Below are positions 1 to 10,295 of a DNA stretch of 64,000 nucleotides, in pieces. Source of the stretch: Cyanophyceae cyanobacterium. GTDB lineage: Bacteria; Cyanobacteriota; Cyanobacteriia; Cyanobacteriales; JBHJGN01. The first letter of the stretch is position 1, and every line of letters begins with the position of its first letter. The stretch spans positions 140,881-204,880 of the forward strand of contig JBHJGN010000023.1 in NCBI GenBank assembly GCA_050331735.1, given 5' to 3'. The position numbers and the translations under genes are program-made. Under the pieces are notes generated by a model. The model ran no database searches. It was not told the DNA's origin and saw only the letters and a list, made by a program, of their open reading frames with translations.

Positions 1-191
1 CAATGGCGAAAGCGGCGATTGTTGCCGGCACTGATTCACTGATGATTGAGGTTCACCCCAATCCAGCCAAAGCGCTCTCCGACGGTCCTCAATCTCTCAA
101 TCCCGAGCAGTTCGACCGTCTGGCGCGAGAGTTAGTCACCCTGGCTCAATCGATGGACCGCTGGGAGCAACCCTCTCCAGCGCTGGTCTAA
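1..191 (+). CDS. aroF: 3-deoxy-7-phosphoheptulonate (DAHP) synthase, C-terminal part (runs off window start)
   Basis: C-terminal motif [20 protein letters not shown] typical of class I-beta DAHP synthases. Confidence 0.85.
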   Translation, partial: MAKAAIVAGTDSLMIEVHPNPAKALSDGPQSLNPEQFDRLARELVTLAQSMDRWEQPSPALV

Positions 192-195
192 GATA

Positions 196-460
196 GTCCC
201 TGGCGGGACGGGGAAAGGGAAATTGTCCCTGGCGGGACGGGGAAGGGGGAAAGGGGAAATTGTCCCTGGCGGGACGGGGAAAGGGGAAAGAGGAGGTCGC
301 TCCGCGACTGGAGAAGAATACAGAACTAAGGAAGAGGCTGACTAACCCCCCTTTCCCCTTACCCTTTCCCCGTCGCGGAGCGACTTCCCCTATCAGGAAG
401 AGGCTGACTAACCCCCCTTTCCCCCTTACCCTTTCCCCGTCGCGGAGCGACTTCCCCCAT
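196..460 (+). repeat. Composite dispersed repeat: GGGAAA tracts, three GTCCCTGGCGGGAC hairpins, conserved core, duplicated pyrimidine half
   Basis: GTCCCTGGCGGGAC at 196, 225, 262; GTCGCTCCGCGAC at 296 and its reverse complement at 372 and ~439; block aggaagaggctgactaaccccc...gtcgcggagcgacttcccc occurs twice. Confidence 0.9.
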
Positions 461-497
461 ACTGATCATTTGTCCTCCCGGCTTTACTTGAATAATT

Positions 498-1574
498 ATG
501 TTGCCAGAGCTACAAAAAATCGACCGAGAACTGATCGAGTTGTTGGGTCAAAGAATTGCCCTGCTGAAGGCATCACAAGCGTGCGATGCTGTTGACACCA
601 GTCATCTATTGGCGCAGGCCGGGGTTCCCGAGTATGTCTGGCAACACCTCACTCTCGGATGTGCTGCCGCGAGCGTTGCTTCCCCGACTCCGGCGATCGC
701 CCAACCTCAGCCACGACGGGTGACAATTATTGGCGGTCGCGGTCAAATGGGGCGTTTTTTTGCTCAGCAGCTTACGGCTGCTGGTCACTGTGTTCAGGCG
801 ATCGGACGCCATGACTGGCAACGCGCCGATGAGCTGCTCAAAACGGCAGAGCTGGTGATTGTATGTGTCCCCATTGCTCAAACGCTGGCCGCGATCGAGC
901 AGGCCGCTAAGTATCTCCAGCCCGATACAGTTTTAGTCGATCTCACCAGCATTAAGACAAGCATCGTTCAAGCTATGCTCGACCATCACTCAGGACCGGT
1001 TCTTGGCCTGCATCCAATGTTTGGTCCTGGAGTCCAATCGTTTCTCTCTCAAAACGTGGTCGTTTGTGTCGGTCGTCGGCAGGAGGCTGGTCAATGGTTC
1101 CTAGATTTAATCGCCAGTCGAGGGGGGAAGCTCATTTACTGCACTCCGCAAGAGCACGATCGCATCATGACGGTCGTTCAAGCGATTCGTCACTTTTGGG
1201 CCTTCAGCCTCGGGGTATTCCTAGCTGAGCAAGGCATCGACGTGCTGCGCTCTTTAGATTTTTCCAGTCCTCTCTATCGCCTCCAGCTCAACATCGTCAG
1301 CCGCCTGTTTGCCCAAGATGCTTCTTTGTCTTTAAAGATGATGCTGGCGACCGCTGAACGTCGTCACGCCATTCGGGACTTAGCCACCGTCTGTAGTCGG
1401 CTAGCGGAGATGATAGGGCAAGAAGACGAAGCGGGTCTCGGCTGTGAGTTTGAAGCCACTAGCCGTTTCTTTCACCAAGAAGCTAAGCGAGCTTTGTGCG
1501 AAAGTAATCACACTATTAATAGTTTAAGCGTCCTGTTAGCAGCTAGCGAAACCAGCAGCGGGCAAGAATCATGA
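498..1574 (+). CDS. tyrA: Bifunctional chorismate mutase/prephenate dehydrogenase (T-protein type)
   Basis: N-terminal chorismate mutase-like LQKIDRELIELLGQRIALL; Rossmann IIGGRGQMG; DLTSIK, GLHPMFGP, EHDRIMTVVQAIRHF motifs. Confidence 0.9.
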   Translation: MLPELQKIDRELIELLGQRIALLKASQACDAVDTSHLLAQAGVPEYVWQHLTLGCAAASVASPTPAIAQPQPRRVTIIGGRGQMGRFFAQQLTAAGHCVQAIGRHDWQRADELLKTAELVIVCVPIAQTLAAIEQAAKYLQPDTVLVDLTSIKTSIVQAMLDHHSGPVLGLHPMFGPGVQSFLSQNVVVCVGRRQEAGQWFLDLIASRGGKLIYCTPQEHDRIMTVVQAIRHFWAFSLGVFLAEQGIDVLRSLDFSSPLYRLQLNIVSRLFAQDASLSLKMMLATAERRHAIRDLATVCSRLAEMIGQEDEAGLGCEFEATSRFFHQEAKRALCESNHTINSLSVLLAASETSSGQES

Positions 1575-2170
1575 CAAAATTTATGCCTCGCCTTGCCACG
1601 CTTTATCTCTAGCAAATGTCCTCGGTGATCGCCGCTATTAGTTCATTTTGAAAACCAACAGCGTAGCAGAAACGAGCAGGCTTTGCGCTCGACTGCCAAT
1701 TCTTTTCTATTTGATGACACCTAGGGACTCAAATCGCTCCAATCGCTGTCCCTCATCTTGTTCGCGGACACCACGTCAAGATTGTAAATTTTGATGACAA
1801 AAACCAAAATTCGTGGCTACGTTGTTTGAGTGTTAAATAACAGTCTTTCAAGCTCCTCTTCACGCACTCTGTCCAATTTGAGTGGTAGACCGAGAGACGC
1901 TGCTCAAAGCCAGACAATTACCTCGTAAAACCCGCATATTATAGCAAACGGACTGAATTTAGGAGGTAGTACATCCGAATCTTACTTTTTTCCTGCCTAA
2001 AAAACTTTGTTTTTAGATTAAACTGATACTCTACTGAAAAAACCTGGGTAGCCTAACACTAGCATCGGAGTCATTCTCCGTGAGCTTATGCTCACAGTTC
2101 TTGATATCTACAATAATTTTAAAATTTTTTTTATCTTTACTATCAAAAATTAGGCCGCTCATGAAAACAA

Positions 2171-2560
2171 ATGGAAGAAATAGTCTCAAATTCTAGCTGC
2201 TTTCTCACGTCAATGTCCAAATCAGTGAAGCTTAATCCTAGCTATCGGGTGGATAAACTTGTTGCGGCAGGTTCTAACTGGCAAGCAGTTTATGTGATCA
2301 ACGAACAATACTATATTGAGGACATTGTCGCTTATGCCATGATTAAAAATGGTCCTCACTATGAGTTTGTCCCAATTACGCTTCCAGAAATCCATCTGTC
2401 TCAGACACTACAAGATTATACTCTTAAAGATGGTTTTGTCGGCTTAATTAATCCGGAAAATGAATTGATTGTTAACGACTATCTAGTAGAAGATATTCAA
2501 CAGCTAGACATTGCCAAAATCAAAGAAAGCCTGAAGAAGAATAGAATTAAGCTGGATTGA
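2171..2560 (+). CDS. Hypothetical protein
   Basis: 129-aa ORF in AT-rich DNA followed by a strong hairpin; no recognised motif. Confidence 0.6.
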   Translation: MEEIVSNSSCFLTSMSKSVKLNPSYRVDKLVAAGSNWQAVYVINEQYYIEDIVAYAMIKNGPHYEFVPITLPEIHLSQTLQDYTLKDGFVGLINPENELIVNDYLVEDIQQLDIAKIKESLKKNRIKLD

Positions 2561-2598
2561 CGTCTTTAGAGTTTTAGCGTTGGCAAGAGTAATTTTGA

Positions 2599-2639
2599 TA
2601 TCTAGGAGCATGTCTTTGGCTCATCGATGCTCCTAGATA
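2599..2639. terminator. Hairpin between convergent genes (probable bidirectional terminator)
   Basis: TATCTAGGAGCAT ... ATGCTCCTAGATA perfect 13-bp inverted repeat. Confidence 0.6.
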
Positions 2640-2662
2640 GGTGTGTCTGCGACTAACCGACA

Positions 2663-3436
2663 TCAAGCTTGCCTTCTCCAAGCCTGAGGAGAAAAACCAT
2701 TGTATTGACGAAACTGGCGAAAGAAGTGACACACGTTAGCATATCCCACTGTTATGGCAATTTGCTCTACCGATTGCTCGGTTTCCTTCAGCAATAAACG
2801 TGCTGCTTCCATCCGGCGCTCAATGATCCATCGATTGACCGTTTGCCCAGTTTCCCGTTTAACTCGGTTTGTTAAATAAGCCGGTGAATAGCCCACCGCT
2901 TGAGCCACGTCTGAAAGCGTAATTCCTTTGTCGTAATTAGCCTCGATAAATTGGAAAACTTGTTTGAGTTCTGTAACGTAAGGGAAAAAAGATTGGGGAG
3001 GAGCGGCTGGTTGGCGGGTCGACTTAGGCTCTTGCTGATACTCGGCTGCGTAGCACTTCTGTAGCAGAGCCTGCTTGTCTAGTCTAGCGTTAACGGCTCT
3101 GATTAGTTCCTCTGCCGTTGAAGGCTTAGTCAGATAATCATCTGCTCCCAGTTCCATTCCCTGACGCTGTTCGGCTTTGGTTGTTTTAGCAGTCAGAAAA
3201 ATCAGCGGAATCATTGCCGTTGCTGGGTTTTGCCGTAGTCGAGCCAGCACTTCGTAGCCATCCAATTTGGGCATGATGATATCACAAATGACCAGGTCGG
3301 GCCGGTGTTGCTGTGCCTGTTGCAAACCGAATAGACCATTGTCGGCTTCAAGAGTTTGGTATCCTTCAAACTCAAGACATTCTCGAAACAGATTGCGGGT
3401 CTGGGCTTCGTCTTCTACTACTAATATTTTAGTCAT
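2663..3436 (-). CDS. Response regulator, receiver + AraC-type HTH
   Basis: KILVVEDE...DLVICDIIMP...FLTAK...DDYLTKP receiver; C-terminal ITLSDVA...YLT...VEQIAITVGY...HFFRQFR AraC domain. Confidence 0.92.
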   Translation of the reverse strand: MTKILVVEDEAQTRNLFRECLEFEGYQTLEADNGLFGLQQAQQHRPDLVICDIIMPKLDGYEVLARLRQNPATAMIPLIFLTAKTTKAEQRQGMELGADDYLTKPSTAEELIRAVNARLDKQALLQKCYAAEYQQEPKSTRQPAAPPQSFFPYVTELKQVFQFIEANYDKGITLSDVAQAVGYSPAYLTNRVKRETGQTVNRWIIERRMEAARLLLKETEQSVEQIAITVGYANVCHFFRQFRQYNGFSPQAWRRQA

Positions 3437-4153
3437 GAGTTTTTCGGTGGATTGAGTCAGCGCGATCGCCTGGTGTAGTATACTCTACAGCTTAGCTGGG
3501 CTTAGTTGCTCTTGGAGCAGGGTCGAACCCATAGGGTAATGTAATTAGCGCTGCTGTCTGATGAGGCTATCACTCGTAAGGACTACTAGGGGAACAGGGT
3601 TGATCTTAGAGCCTAAACGTAAAGTAAATTTTAAGAAAGTGCAGATTTTGATGAGCCTGTCGTTAAGAGTAGCCCTGAATTTCCTTTAGCTCCTGTGAAG
3701 CCGATAGCCAACTCGTGCAGCATTTGTAAACTTTGGTGACAAGTATCTGTTACTTTTCTTATCTGAAATTACCGCTGATGCTCTCGAAAACTATCTATCT
3801 AGGGGTAGACTCATTTCGCTAGCTTTTGGGATAGATATTGACGCGCCAGGGCTGTTTATCAGGAAATGCTCACAGCGTTCTTCGCTCTGGCTGCTACAGG
3901 TCTAGATTACCTCCGCCGCTTTCTGATAACAACTTTGCAAATCTTTACAAAACTCAGCATAAATGGTAAGTTATGTCTTTAGTTAGCGTAGCCGATTAGT
4001 GCATTGACGTGATGCTTATGCCTGAAACTTTCTGTCCCGTGCGATTAAGGCGGCTTTTTAACCGATGGATTTTGAGCTAGCTCGATTCACTTCGGTCATC
4101 AAAACGAAATTATTCGATAGCGTATCGACAGTCAACTATAAATCTATAAAGTT

Positions 4154-4195
4154 TATAGTTAAAACTAGCAATTATATAGTTAAAACTAGCAATTA
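4154..4195. repeat. Perfect 21-bp tandem duplication in divergent RR/HK promoter region
   Basis: TATAGTTAAAACTAGCAATTA twice, directly adjacent. Confidence 0.9.
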
Positions 4196-4358
4196 TTTAG
4201 ATGCCATTTACGGAAGTAGCAAGTAGCAACGTCTTAAAAGTTAGGGCACACAATTTGGTTGAAATAGGATTGCTCAGTAAATGCTACAAACCAACGAGAG
4301 TGAAGTTTGAGCGCAGAATCGCTCTTGAGGTGACCAATTAATCTAGCTAGGTTATCTA

Positions 4359-5963
4359 ATGAACAGTAATACTAAGCCGACATCTAATAATTTGCTCTTT
4401 GCCGACTCTCTGATTAATTCAGTCAGTGACGCTTCTTTCTGTGTAGCATCCGATGCTCGTTTGGTTTACGTCAATGATGCCGTCTGCCGTCTGCTTGAGT
4501 ACCCGCGCGAGGAGCTTCTGGCTCTCTCTCTAGAACACGTAGATCGAGACTTTCAGTTTCAAACTTGGCGACAGCGATGGCAGCTATTGCAGCAGCAGGG
4601 ACAAATTACTGTTCGGTCTTGCTACAGAACCAAGTCTGGCCAAATCGTCCCTTTGGAAATCACGCTGACCTGCATCTTAGAGCAAGGCCAGATGATGGCC
4701 TGTGCTCTAGTTCATAGAAGGGTTGAACCAATTCTCAATGGAGCTGGTGACGACATGATCCAGCGGCTTAACTTGGAGATTTCTCAGCTCGAAGTAGCAA
4801 AAACAGAACTATCGACAACTTTATCAATCCTGCGCGGGACTCTAGATTCCGCCGCGTACGGCATCGTCTCGGTTAGCTACGAAGGGGAGGTGCTGAGCTA
4901 CAACCGCAAGTTTGTCGAGATGTGGGGAATTGGTGAAGACCTCGAGTTATCTAAAGAATCAGCAGAGTGCCAGCGCTTCTTCGCTGAGCGACTTCGCAAT
5001 CCGGAGGTTTTTCGGCATTCGGTTTGGGAAGTCTCTAGAGAATCGGATGCCGAAAGCTACGATATTTTACAGCTCAAAGATGGCAGAGTGTTTGCTCAGT
5101 ATTCTAAACCGCAGCGGCTTGCAGACCAAATTATCGGGCGAGTGTGGAGTATTTGGGATATTACGCAGTTCAAAGAGCGCACTGAAGCAGAACTCCAGCA
5201 GACCAAGCAAGATATCGATGCTCAAAAAGCTATCGACGAAGCCAAACAGCTTGGTGAGCTGCGATCGCGTTTTCTGTCGATGCTGTGCCATCAGTTTCGC
5301 TCGTCTCTCAACATTATCTCCTTCTCCAACAGCCTACTGAAGCGCTACTTAGACAAGTGGGCTGGGGGCCAAAAAATTCCCTATCTCGACAATATTCAAA
5401 TCGCCGTCAAGCAGATTAGCTCTCTTCTAGACGATTTAGTTTTCCTCGGCAAGTCAGAGGTCGGTCAGCTTAACTTTGAACCCAAACCAACGACTCTCAA
5501 CGTGTTTTGCCGCGAACTGACAACGCAGATGAAGCCCATGAGCGATGCTCGTCAGCAGAGCCTCAACTTTGTAGACCGCAGCCGCTGTCAGGAAGCATGG
5601 GTGGATACCGACTTACTCAACCACATTTTCACCAACCTCCTCGCAAACGCCATTAAGTATTCTCCCGACGGCAGCACCATTAATTTTGAACTAGATTTTG
5701 AAGCAGAACAGGTGGTTTTTAGCGTTCAAGACCGCGGCATTGGCATTTCAGCAGAAGACCAGCAGCGCCTCTTTGAACCCTTTTACCGAGGCAGCAACGT
5801 AGACGATATTCCCGGAACCGGACTCGGACTCGCCATCGTCAGCAACTTAGTCCAGACCCACGGTGGCAAAATTGAGGTGGAAAGCGAAATCGGCGCCGGA
5901 ACCACGTTCAAAGTTACGTTACCAGCAGCCAATCAACCATCAACTACCAACCATCAGCCTTAG
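4359..5963 (+). CDS. PAS-domain sensor histidine kinase
   Basis: Two PAS-like regions; H-box LCHQFRSSL; N-box NLLANAIKYS; DRGIGI, FEPFYR, GTGLGL boxes. Confidence 0.92.
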   Translation: MNSNTKPTSNNLLFADSLINSVSDASFCVASDARLVYVNDAVCRLLEYPREELLALSLEHVDRDFQFQTWRQRWQLLQQQGQITVRSCYRTKSGQIVPLEITLTCILEQGQMMACALVHRRVEPILNGAGDDMIQRLNLEISQLEVAKTELSTTLSILRGTLDSAAYGIVSVSYEGEVLSYNRKFVEMWGIGEDLELSKESAECQRFFAERLRNPEVFRHSVWEVSRESDAESYDILQLKDGRVFAQYSKPQRLADQIIGRVWSIWDITQFKERTEAELQQTKQDIDAQKAIDEAKQLGELRSRFLSMLCHQFRSSLNIISFSNSLLKRYLDKWAGGQKIPYLDNIQIAVKQISSLLDDLVFLGKSEVGQLNFEPKPTTLNVFCRELTTQMKPMSDARQQSLNFVDRSRCQEAWVDTDLLNHIFTNLLANAIKYSPDGSTINFELDFEAEQVVFSVQDRGIGISAEDQQRLFEPFYRGSNVDDIPGTGLGLAIVSNLVQTHGGKIEVESEIGAGTTFKVTLPAANQPSTTNHQP

Positions 5964-6035
5964 CGACTGGTCACTGTTTCCCCGGTTCAGTCGTTAAAAT
6001 AAAAACACGCGACCCTGGATCTTTAATCTGCTCCC

Positions 6036-7994
6036 ATGACCGTTCCTTTTCCTGCCGCTCAACGTTCCGCCGGAGCTGCCTCTGGCGGCTGCGTTGAGCA
6101 AGCTCAAGAGTACTTCGATGTGATTGTTGTCGGTGCTGGACACTCCGGCTGTGAAGCGGCGTTAGCCAGCGCACGGCTTGGCTGCCGGACCCTGATGCTG
6201 ACTCTTAATCTCGATAAAATCGCTTGGCAACCCTGTAATCCAGCGGTTGGCGGTCCCGCTAAATCGCAGTTGACCCATGAAGTGGATGCGTTGGGAGGGG
6301 AAATTGGCAAAATGGCAGACCGCACCTATCTTCAGAAGCGGCTGCTCAACTCTTCACGGGGTCCGGCAGTGTGGGCCTTGCGGGCGCAGACCGATAAGCG
6401 GGAATATGCCGCCGTGATGAAAGAGCTGGTGGAGAACCAGGAGAATTTAACCATCCGCGAAGGGATGGTAACCGATCTGGTGTTGGGCAAGAACGACGAC
6501 ATTCAGGGAGTTCAAACCTACTTCGGCACCTGCTTTCGGACGAGAGCAGTCATTCTCACCACGGGAACGTTCCTCGGAGGACGGATCTGGATTGGCAGTA
6601 AGTCCATGAGTGCTGGACGGGCCGGAGAATTCGCCGCCGTGGGGCTGACAGATACGCTCAATCGCCTTGGCTTTGAAACCGGACGGCTCAAAACCGGAAC
6701 TCCCGCCCGGGTCGATCGGCGGACGGTAGACTACAGCCGGATGGAACCTCAGCCCCCCGACCCAGAAGTGCGCTGGTTCAGTTTCGACCCCCAGGCCTGG
6801 GTAGAACGAGAGCAGATGAACTGCTACCTAACGCGGACCACTGCCGAAACTCACCGACTGATTCAGGAGAACCTGCATCTGTCTCCTATCTATGGCGGCT
6901 GGATTGATTCTAAAGGACCGCGCTACTGCCCCAGCATTGAAGACAAAATCGTGCGCTTTGCCGACAAGGACAGCCACCAAATTTTCATTGAACCAGAAGG
7001 GCGGGAGATTCCTGAGCTATACATTCAGGGGTTCTCCACCGGTCTACCGGAGCAGCTTCAGCTCGCCATGCTGCACACCCTGCCGGGATTAGAGCACTGC
7101 CAGATGCTGCGCCCTGCCTACGCAGTTGAGTATGACTATCTGCCCGCGACCCAGTGCTACCCGACCCTAATGACGAAGAAAATTGAGGGGCTATTCTGCG
7201 CTGGGCAAATTAACGGCACCACCGGATATGAAGAAGCTGCGGCGCAGGGAATCGTGGCGGGAATTAATGCTGTGCGGCTGGTGCGGGGCGAAGAGCCGGT
7301 CGTGTTTCCCCGCGAGCACAGCTATCTTGGTACCCTAATCGACGACCTCTGCACAAAGGATTTGCGGGAACCTTACCGCATGCTCACCTCCCGCTCTGAA
7401 TACCGTTTGGTGCTGCGTTCAGACAATGCCGATCAGCGCCTGACTCCCCTCGGGCGCGAAATTGGGCTGATCGACGATCGCCGCTGGGAACTTTTCCAGC
7501 GCAAGCAGGCCCACATCGCCGCAGAGAAGAAACGGCTGTCTGCTACCAGAGTTAAACAACAGGACGAAGTAGGGCAGCAAATCGCCGCCGCTACCGGACA
7601 AAAAATTAAAGGCTCCGTAACGTTAGCAGATTTGTTACGCCGCCCCGGGTTTCACTACGACACCCTAGAACGCTACGGCCTCGGCGCAGACCTCGCTGCC
7701 TCAGAAAAAGCGGGAGCGGAAATCGATATTAAGTATTCTGGCTACATTAAACGTCAGCAGAATCAAATTGAACAGATCGCTCGCCATAGCCATCGCCCGC
7801 TTCCCGCCGATCTTGTATATATGAATATTGAAACTTTGTCAATGGAAGCAAGAGAAAAGTTAACGAAAGTGCGACCGTTAACGGTGGGTCAAGCGTCCCG
7901 CATTGGCGGGGTGAATCCGGCAGACGTGAACGCCCTGTTGATTTATCTGGAATCGCGCAGCCTGGCCGAGCGATCGCCTGTCGTGACTGGATAA
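6036..7994 (+). CDS. mnmG: tRNA uridine 5-carboxymethylaminomethyl modification enzyme MnmG/GidA
   Basis: [62 protein letters not shown]. Confidence 0.97.
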   Translation: MTVPFPAAQRSAGAASGGCVEQAQEYFDVIVVGAGHSGCEAALASARLGCRTLMLTLNLDKIAWQPCNPAVGGPAKSQLTHEVDALGGEIGKMADRTYLQKRLLNSSRGPAVWALRAQTDKREYAAVMKELVENQENLTIREGMVTDLVLGKNDDIQGVQTYFGTCFRTRAVILTTGTFLGGRIWIGSKSMSAGRAGEFAAVGLTDTLNRLGFETGRLKTGTPARVDRRTVDYSRMEPQPPDPEVRWFSFDPQAWVEREQMNCYLTRTTAETHRLIQENLHLSPIYGGWIDSKGPRYCPSIEDKIVRFADKDSHQIFIEPEGREIPELYIQGFSTGLPEQLQLAMLHTLPGLEHCQMLRPAYAVEYDYLPATQCYPTLMTKKIEGLFCAGQINGTTGYEEAAAQGIVAGINAVRLVRGEEPVVFPREHSYLGTLIDDLCTKDLREPYRMLTSRSEYRLVLRSDNADQRLTPLGREIGLIDDRRWELFQRKQAHIAAEKKRLSATRVKQQDEVGQQIAAATGQKIKGSVTLADLLRRPGFHYDTLERYGLGADLAASEKAGAEIDIKYSGYIKRQQNQIEQIARHSHRPLPADLVYMNIETLSMEAREKLTKVRPLTVGQASRIGGVNPADVNALLIYLESRSLAERSPVVTG

Positions 7995-8014
7995 GCGATC
8001 GCGCCCATTCTCTC

Positions 8015-9130
8015 CTATACGGCTACTTGGGCCTCCTGGTAGGGAGGAAAGTCTGTATATCCTTCTGCCTCAAAGGAATACCAAATTTCCTGTTCCGCAT
8101 CGGGGTTTAGTTCCCAATTGTTGGCAAAACGAGCTACCAGATCGGGGTTACTAATAAAGGGTCTGCCAAAGGCAATCAGATCCGCATCCCCAGCCGCGAT
8201 CATTTTTTCTGCCGATTGGCGATCGTATCCACAGTTACCCATTAAAGGACCGTCATAGACTTTCCTAAACTCAGCGAGAGTCATGGGTTCTCCCAGTTCG
8301 TGGAAACCAAACGCCAAACCATCTAGTAGATGCAGATACGCAAGTCCATAGCTGTTTAACCGTTGGGCAACATCGGTAAAGGTCTCTCGAAAGTCTGGCG
8401 ACCCCATATCGTTGTAATTGCCGTTCGGAGACAGTCTCAGTCCTACCCGTCCGGCATCCCACACCGTCAGAATCGACTCGACTACTTCTTGCAGAAACCG
8501 AAAGCGATTTTCCAGGCTGCCGCCATAGCGATCGCTGCGATGATTCGTTTTAGACTGCAAAAATTCATCAATGAGATAGCCGTTAGCACCGTGTATTTCT
8601 ACTCCATCAAAGCCAGCCTGTTTTGCATTGGCGGCAGCTTGGCGATAGTCTTCAACAATCTGAGGAATTTCTGCTGTTTCTAAAGCCCGAGGCGTTTCAT
8701 AAGGCTGTTTTCCGTTGGGAGTATGGGCTTGTGAGCCTTCAATTTTAAGAGCCGAAGGAGCAACCGGAAGCTGATTGTTGTCCTGAAAGCTGCTGTGCGA
8801 GGCTCTGCCCGTATGCCAAAGCTGCAAAAAAATTGAAGTTCCTTGAGCGTGAACGGCATCGACAACCTGTTTCCACCCTTCTGTTTGCTCAGGCGTATAA
8901 ACACCCGGAGTCTGCTGCCAGCCATTCGCCTGGGGAGAAATCGTCGTTGCTTCGGTAATAATGAGGCCCGCACCCGCCCGTTGAGTATAATATTCTGCCA
9001 TCAAAGCGTTAGGAATCCTGTCTGCGCCTGCTCGAGAGCGAGTCATCGGAGCCATAACCACGCGATTTTTTAAGGAAATATCCTGAAGGTTGAAAGGGCT
9101 GAGGAGGTGGGGAACGTTTGTTGAAGTCAT
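8015..9130 (-). CDS. Alkene reductase (old yellow enzyme / NemA family)
   Basis: NRVVMAPMTRSRA, QLWHTGR, GFDGVEIHGANGYLIDEFL, FGRPFISNPDL. Confidence 0.93.
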   Translation of the reverse strand: MTSTNVPHLLSPFNLQDISLKNRVVMAPMTRSRAGADRIPNALMAEYYTQRAGAGLIITEATTISPQANGWQQTPGVYTPEQTEGWKQVVDAVHAQGTSIFLQLWHTGRASHSSFQDNNQLPVAPSALKIEGSQAHTPNGKQPYETPRALETAEIPQIVEDYRQAAANAKQAGFDGVEIHGANGYLIDEFLQSKTNHRSDRYGGSLENRFRFLQEVVESILTVWDAGRVGLRLSPNGNYNDMGSPDFRETFTDVAQRLNSYGLAYLHLLDGLAFGFHELGEPMTLAEFRKVYDGPLMGNCGYDRQSAEKMIAAGDADLIAFGRPFISNPDLVARFANNWELNPDAEQEIWYSFEAEGYTDFPPYQEAQVAV

Positions 9131-9300
9131 CTATACGTGTTGATTGGTGATTAGTGATGGTTTGACCACTACACACTGTACTCTACTCATTCAAAATTCG
9201 CTGTCAAGTTGGTTGACCAAGAATAGCAAGAGTCGGCAGCAAAACGCTTCACCAAACTAACTGTCAAATCGTATCAAGCTGAGCGGCTCTACCCAAAACA

Positions 9301-9372
9301 AGCCTCAGACAAGATTTGAACTTGCGACCGTCCGCTTACAAGGCGGATGCTCTACCACTGAGCTACTGAGGC
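9301..9372 (-). tRNA. trnT: tRNA-Thr (anticodon TGT)
   Basis: Reverse complement GCCTCAGTAGCTCAGTGGTAGAGCATCCGCCTTGTAAGCGGACGGTCGCAAGTTCAAATCTTGTCTGAGGCT folds as a cloverleaf; anticodon loop CT-TGT-AA; no encoded CCA. Confidence 0.96.
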
Positions 9373-9543
9373 ATAATAAGCAAGTGCTGCTTTCCTGTCG
9401 AGCTACACCAGCACGCAATTAATAGAATAGCAAATTTTGTCGGGCGTTCGTGCTACCAATGGAGCCACACGATTCACTTGACTAACCAGCACGGAGCTTG
9501 AGAGCGTTTTCCTTCTTTGTGCCCATCGCCTATCAGCTCAACG

Positions 9544-10188
9544 CTAAGCCATGTTGTTTTCCATCGCCCATCGCGCCAGCTCCGTCCGATTATGGAGGCT
9601 CGTTTTGTTCAGCATGTTGGAAACGTGGCTTTCGATAGTGCGCTGGCTCACTCTTAGCCTCTCCGCAATTTCTTTATTGGCCATGCCCTGAGCAACTAAT
9701 CCAACCACTTTGAGCTCAGTAGGCGTTAACTCTACATTTTTAGGAACCTGAATTTTGGGACTATCATCTGTAGCCTTGATGTTGTGCCGCATCAGACGAT
9801 TGGCCTGATTGAGGGAAGACTCTACCTGCGCCACCAGTTCCTCTGGCTCAAATGGCTTGACCATGTAGACATCAGCCCCAGTCGTTAATCCTTCAACACG
9901 GTCTTGAATTTGCCCCTTGGCAGAGAGGAACAAAACCGGAATCCAGTCTGTGCGAACATCGTCTCTAATCTGCTTGACAAAAGCATAGCCGTCCATCTCG
10001 GGCATCATAATGTCGCAAATAATCATATTTGGCACTTGACGCTCTAAAATTTCTAGAGCTTCTCGACCGTTTTCAGCGGTGATCACCTCGTATCCTCGAA
10101 ACTCTAAATAGTCTTTAACTAACAGGATGAGGTTGGGGTCGTCATCGATGAGCAGTAGTTGCTTACTATCCTTAGAATTGTCCTTCAT
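9544..10188 (-). CDS. ycf29: NarL/LuxR-family response regulator (Rre1/Ycf29-like)
   Basis: LLLIDDDPNLILLVKDYLEFRGY receiver; LTPTELKV...NKEIAERLRVSQRTIESHVSN LuxR HTH. Confidence 0.8.
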   Translation of the reverse strand: MKDNSKDSKQLLLIDDDPNLILLVKDYLEFRGYEVITAENGREALEILERQVPNMIICDIMMPEMDGYAFVKQIRDDVRTDWIPVLFLSAKGQIQDRVEGLTTGADVYMVKPFEPEELVAQVESSLNQANRLMRHNIKATDDSPKIQVPKNVELTPTELKVVGLVAQGMANKEIAERLRVSQRTIESHVSNMLNKTSLHNRTELARWAMENNMA

Positions 10189-10295
10189 CAGTAGCCTTTA
10201 AGTCCGAGTGGATTTAATGAATGGGTGCTGCTTCTCTAAATTTCCCAGTTTTACAGCAGTTTATATCATGTCTGCTTTAGAAAACTACTAACCTC

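Noticed and set aside
196..460. Possible CRISPR array or ORF 260-595
   Set aside because: Repeat units are 14 bp with low-complexity purine spacers, no cas genes; the ORF is just the translated repeat.
9301..9372. tRNA-Thr or tRNA-Val (49441) as island integration site
   Set aside because: No integrase and no duplicated tRNA 3' end noticed; flanking genes are core.
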